Assembly (NCBI GenBank): GCA_030429765.1
Contig: JAUIER010000008.1
Coordinates: forward strand, 83,403-147,402
DNA: 64,000 nucleotides
Direction of reading: 5' to 3'
From: a bacterium
Lineage (GTDB): Bacteria > Omnitrophota > Gorgyraeia > Zapsychrales > Zapsychraceae
A program made the translations under genes and the position numbers. The notes beneath the pieces are model-generated. The model did not search any database. It saw only the letters and a list, made by a program, of their open reading frames with translations, and was not told where the DNA came from. Every line of letters begins with the position of its first letter. Within the stretch, counting starts at the first letter, position 1. Positions 62,301-64,000 of this stretch are shown here, in pieces.

Positions 62301-62655
62301 CGGACATCCGGTCCCGCTGCATCCGACGGGCGCACAGGGAGAATTTGTGGCCGGTATCCGTTACCGCGCCTGGCAGCCGCCCAGCTGTCTGCATCCGACA
62401 ATCACCGTTCACTCTCCATTGACGATTGAGATCATTGACACCTGGAACCGATTGTCGATCGGCGGATGTGTGTATCATGTGGCGCATCCAGGCGGTCGAA
62501 ATTATGAGACGTTCCCGGTCAACGCACTGGAAGCCGAATCCCGACGGGCCGCCCGGTTTTTCAAGACTGGACACACCCCTGGACGCATGGATCACATCCC
62601 CGAACCCGTGACGAATCCTGATTATCCTTTGACCCTTGATTTGCGTCGGGTTTGA
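59362..62655 (+). CDS. Transglutaminase domain fused to DUF2126 putative amidoligase
   Basis: GSCRD, LHAWAEVY and LDPT (C-H-D triad); LTMGGEPTF, TPDPGVIEVN, GTGGGNH. Confidence 0.9.
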   Translation: MSIHVSLHHKTTYKYERPIQLGPQIIRLKPAPHSRTPVLSYSLKVFPDDHFINWQQDPQGNYLARLVFPNKTDLFDVEVSLTADMTTINPFDFFLQESAEQFPFKYEKWLSHELKPFLHKLPAEPAFQQFLKNISRKRQPTNDFLVYLNQMLQQEISYLIRLEPGVQTPEETLTKKSGSCRDSAWLLVQLLRHLGLAARFVSGYLIQLKADVKSLDGPSGTEEDFTDLHAWAEVYLPGAGWVGLDPTSGLLTGEGHIPLVATPEPSSAAPISGMLEACETDFKHVMTVTRFHEDPRVTKPYTDDQWQRIMKIGHQVDKGLAKEKVHLTMGGEPTFVSIDDMESAQWNTAALGEHKRRLSGDLFQRLKQRWTTGALIYSGQGKWYPGEQLPRWVLGCYWRKDGKPLWKDEALFADESLGYSFGPTDAENFVRTLAKRLKLDPDFVVPGFEDSAYFLWKEQRLAANVDALESKVKDPLERRRLARVFQKDLGEVIGYALPIAREGLGASERWTSCAWTFKSKNMYLIPGDSPMGLRMPLDSLPWSSPDDEQKIYDPDPLRPVDGPLPDDEDGGDSSLLSKKNRPKVRKGQSAKGILHTALCVQVRDGRMYVFLPPLESFDDYALLLNRIESTAKALQIPVVIEGYPPPYDSRVDCFKLTPDPGVIEVNVAPVSSFDELTNQVNSLYEEARLARLGTEKFMLDGRHSGTGGGNHIVLGGRTPAESPFLRRPDLLASFVAYWNNHPSLSYLFSGLFMGPTSQAPRVDEGRRDSVYELEIAIRQMNREIEKFGQCPPWMVDRLFRHLLIDGTGNTHRAEFCIDKLFSPDSATGRLGLVEFRGFEMPPHPRMSLLQQFLIRTMVLKFWKNPYNERLVRWGTTLHDRFLLPHFVHEDFEDVLSDMNSDGFDFDMADFAPHFEFRFPIIGQVSYNDIGLQIRTAIEPWYVLGEEPASGATARYVDSSVERLQLKVSGMTDPRFIVCCNGHPVPLHPTGAQGEFVAGIRYRAWQPPSCLHPTITVHSPLTIEIIDTWNRLSIGGCVYHVAHPGGRNYETFPVNALEAESRRAARFFKTGHTPGRMDHIPEPVTNPDYPLTLDLRRV

Positions 62656-62849
62656 GGGTTTATCGGGGGGGCGCAAAATTGCGTTTGACTTGTTGACGGG
62701 CCGGATCCAGATGCTATAACTAAAATATTTCACACGATAGTTCGACGATTTTTTGGACGATTTGAAACACGGCAACTCAACCATCTGATGCCGGGATGTT
62801 TGTTTGGGGGAAGAGATGTATTTCGGGCATAGAAAAAGCAGGTAGGTCA

Positions 62850-64000
62850 ATGGCAAGAAATCGGGTCACAGGATATCAATTCGGAACACTGCAGGGTGTG
62901 TTCATCCCTAGCATACTCACCATCCTGGGTGTTGTGATGTACCTGCGCTTTGGATGGGTGTTGGGAAACGTGGGATTGATCCAGACACTGTTGATTGTGA
63001 CTTTGGCGTCCTCGATTACATTTTTGACCGCGCTGTCCATCTCGCAATTGGCGACAAATATGAAGATCGGTGGAGGCGGCGCGTACTATATAATATCCCG
63101 TTCGCTGGGGGTTGAGGCAGGCGCCGCTATTGGGGTGCCGCTGTTTTTCGCGCAGGCGTTGGGTATCTCGTTTTATGTCGCCGGTTTTTCCGAATCGGCG
63201 GCCGATTTGTTTCCGGCGCTGTCGCAGCCGGTGATCGGTGTGATCACACTGCTTGTTCTGACCATGCTGGCCGTGGTATCGGCCGATCTGGCCTTAAAGC
63301 TGCAGTATTTTATTTTCGCGCTGATCGTATTTTCACTGATTTCCTTTTTCAGCGGCAACTACTCCGCGACCGCGACGACGGTGCCTGATCTGGTAGAGCC
63401 GATGAAATTGTCGTTCTGGCCGGTTTTTGCCGTATTCTTCCCGGCGGTGACGGGGATCGAGGCCGGATTGTCGATGTCGGGCGATCTCAAGGCCCCGGAC
63501 AAGTCGCTGCCGAACGGAACGTTGGCCGCCGTCGGGATCAGTTATCTGATTTATCTGATGATCCCCATCTTTATGCATCATTTACAAGTGCCGGATTACA
63601 CGCTGCTGACCAATTCACTGGTGATGCGGGATGTGGCCCGGTGGGGTAAGTTTATTCTATTCGGCGTGTGGAGCGCGGCTTTATCCAGCGCCCTGGGCGC
63701 GCTGTTGGGCGCGCCGCGCACCCTGCAGGCCCTGGCCAAGGACGGGGTGGTTCCCAAATGGGTCGGACGTGGATACGGCAAGAGCAATGATCCTCGTTAC
63801 GCGACGGGCATCTCATTTTTGATCGCGCTGACCGGCATCCTGCTGGGAGATCTGAACCTGATCGCGCCGATCCTGTCGATGTTCTTCTTAACGTCGTATG
63901 GATTGATCAATTTTTCATCCGCGTTTAACGGCATCCTCAACAATCCGTCGTGGCGTCCGAAATTCTCGGTGCACTGGATCTTTTCGCTGGCCGGTACGGT
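62850..64000 (+). CDS. APC-superfamily amino acid permease / cation-chloride cotransporter-like protein (3' truncated)
   Basis: Translates MARNRVTGYQFGTLQGVFIPSILTILGVVMYLRFGW, GGGAYYIISRSLG, FFPAVTGI.AG..MSGDL; runs off the window end. Confidence 0.88.
   Translation, partial: MARNRVTGYQFGTLQGVFIPSILTILGVVMYLRFGWVLGNVGLIQTLLIVTLASSITFLTALSISQLATNMKIGGGGAYYIISRSLGVEAGAAIGVPLFFAQALGISFYVAGFSESAADLFPALSQPVIGVITLLVLTMLAVVSADLALKLQYFIFALIVFSLISFFSGNYSATATTVPDLVEPMKLSFWPVFAVFFPAVTGIEAGLSMSGDLKAPDKSLPNGTLAAVGISYLIYLMIPIFMHHLQVPDYTLLTNSLVMRDVARWGKFILFGVWSAALSSALGALLGAPRTLQALAKDGVVPKWVGRGYGKSNDPRYATGISFLIALTGILLGDLNLIAPILSMFFLTSYGLINFSSAFNGILNNPSWRPKFSVHWIFSLAGT

Overview
Bacterial chromosomal window. 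A PEP-CTERM protein and the general gene set suggest a PVC-group organism such as Omnitrophota, but this is a guess. Bases 1-10.5 kb are the AT-rich right end of an integrative conjugative element (T4SS genes, coupling protein, YhcG nuclease, excisionase, tyrosine integrase). It abuts the 5' side of a tRNA-Ser(GCT) that looks chimeric. Bases 10.8-24.4 kb are mostly housekeeping genes (tex, MscS, dnaX, recR). At 24.6-26.7 kb a tRNA-Asn(GTT) is flanked on each side by a small GIY-YIG nuclease gene. Each nuclease is embedded in its own hairpin repeats and in duplicated fragments of the tRNA, and this is the strongest candidate for an undescribed system. Bases 28-57 kb carry ten co-oriented copies of a ~45-bp intergenic repeat. 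That stretch also holds a small probable toxin-antitoxin pair, monomeric IDH, an AT-rich restriction-modification cassette bounded by tRNA-fMet-like direct repeats, an ECF-sigma/RND/TolC operon, MATE, Pfk and an OCD-family gene. From 51.7 kb there is a duplicated ATP-grasp/alpha-E system with an Anbu-like protease and a transglutaminase, preceded by an antitermination-type leader. The window ends in a partial cation-chloride-cotransporter-like gene. All calls come from reading motifs by eye; no searches were run.
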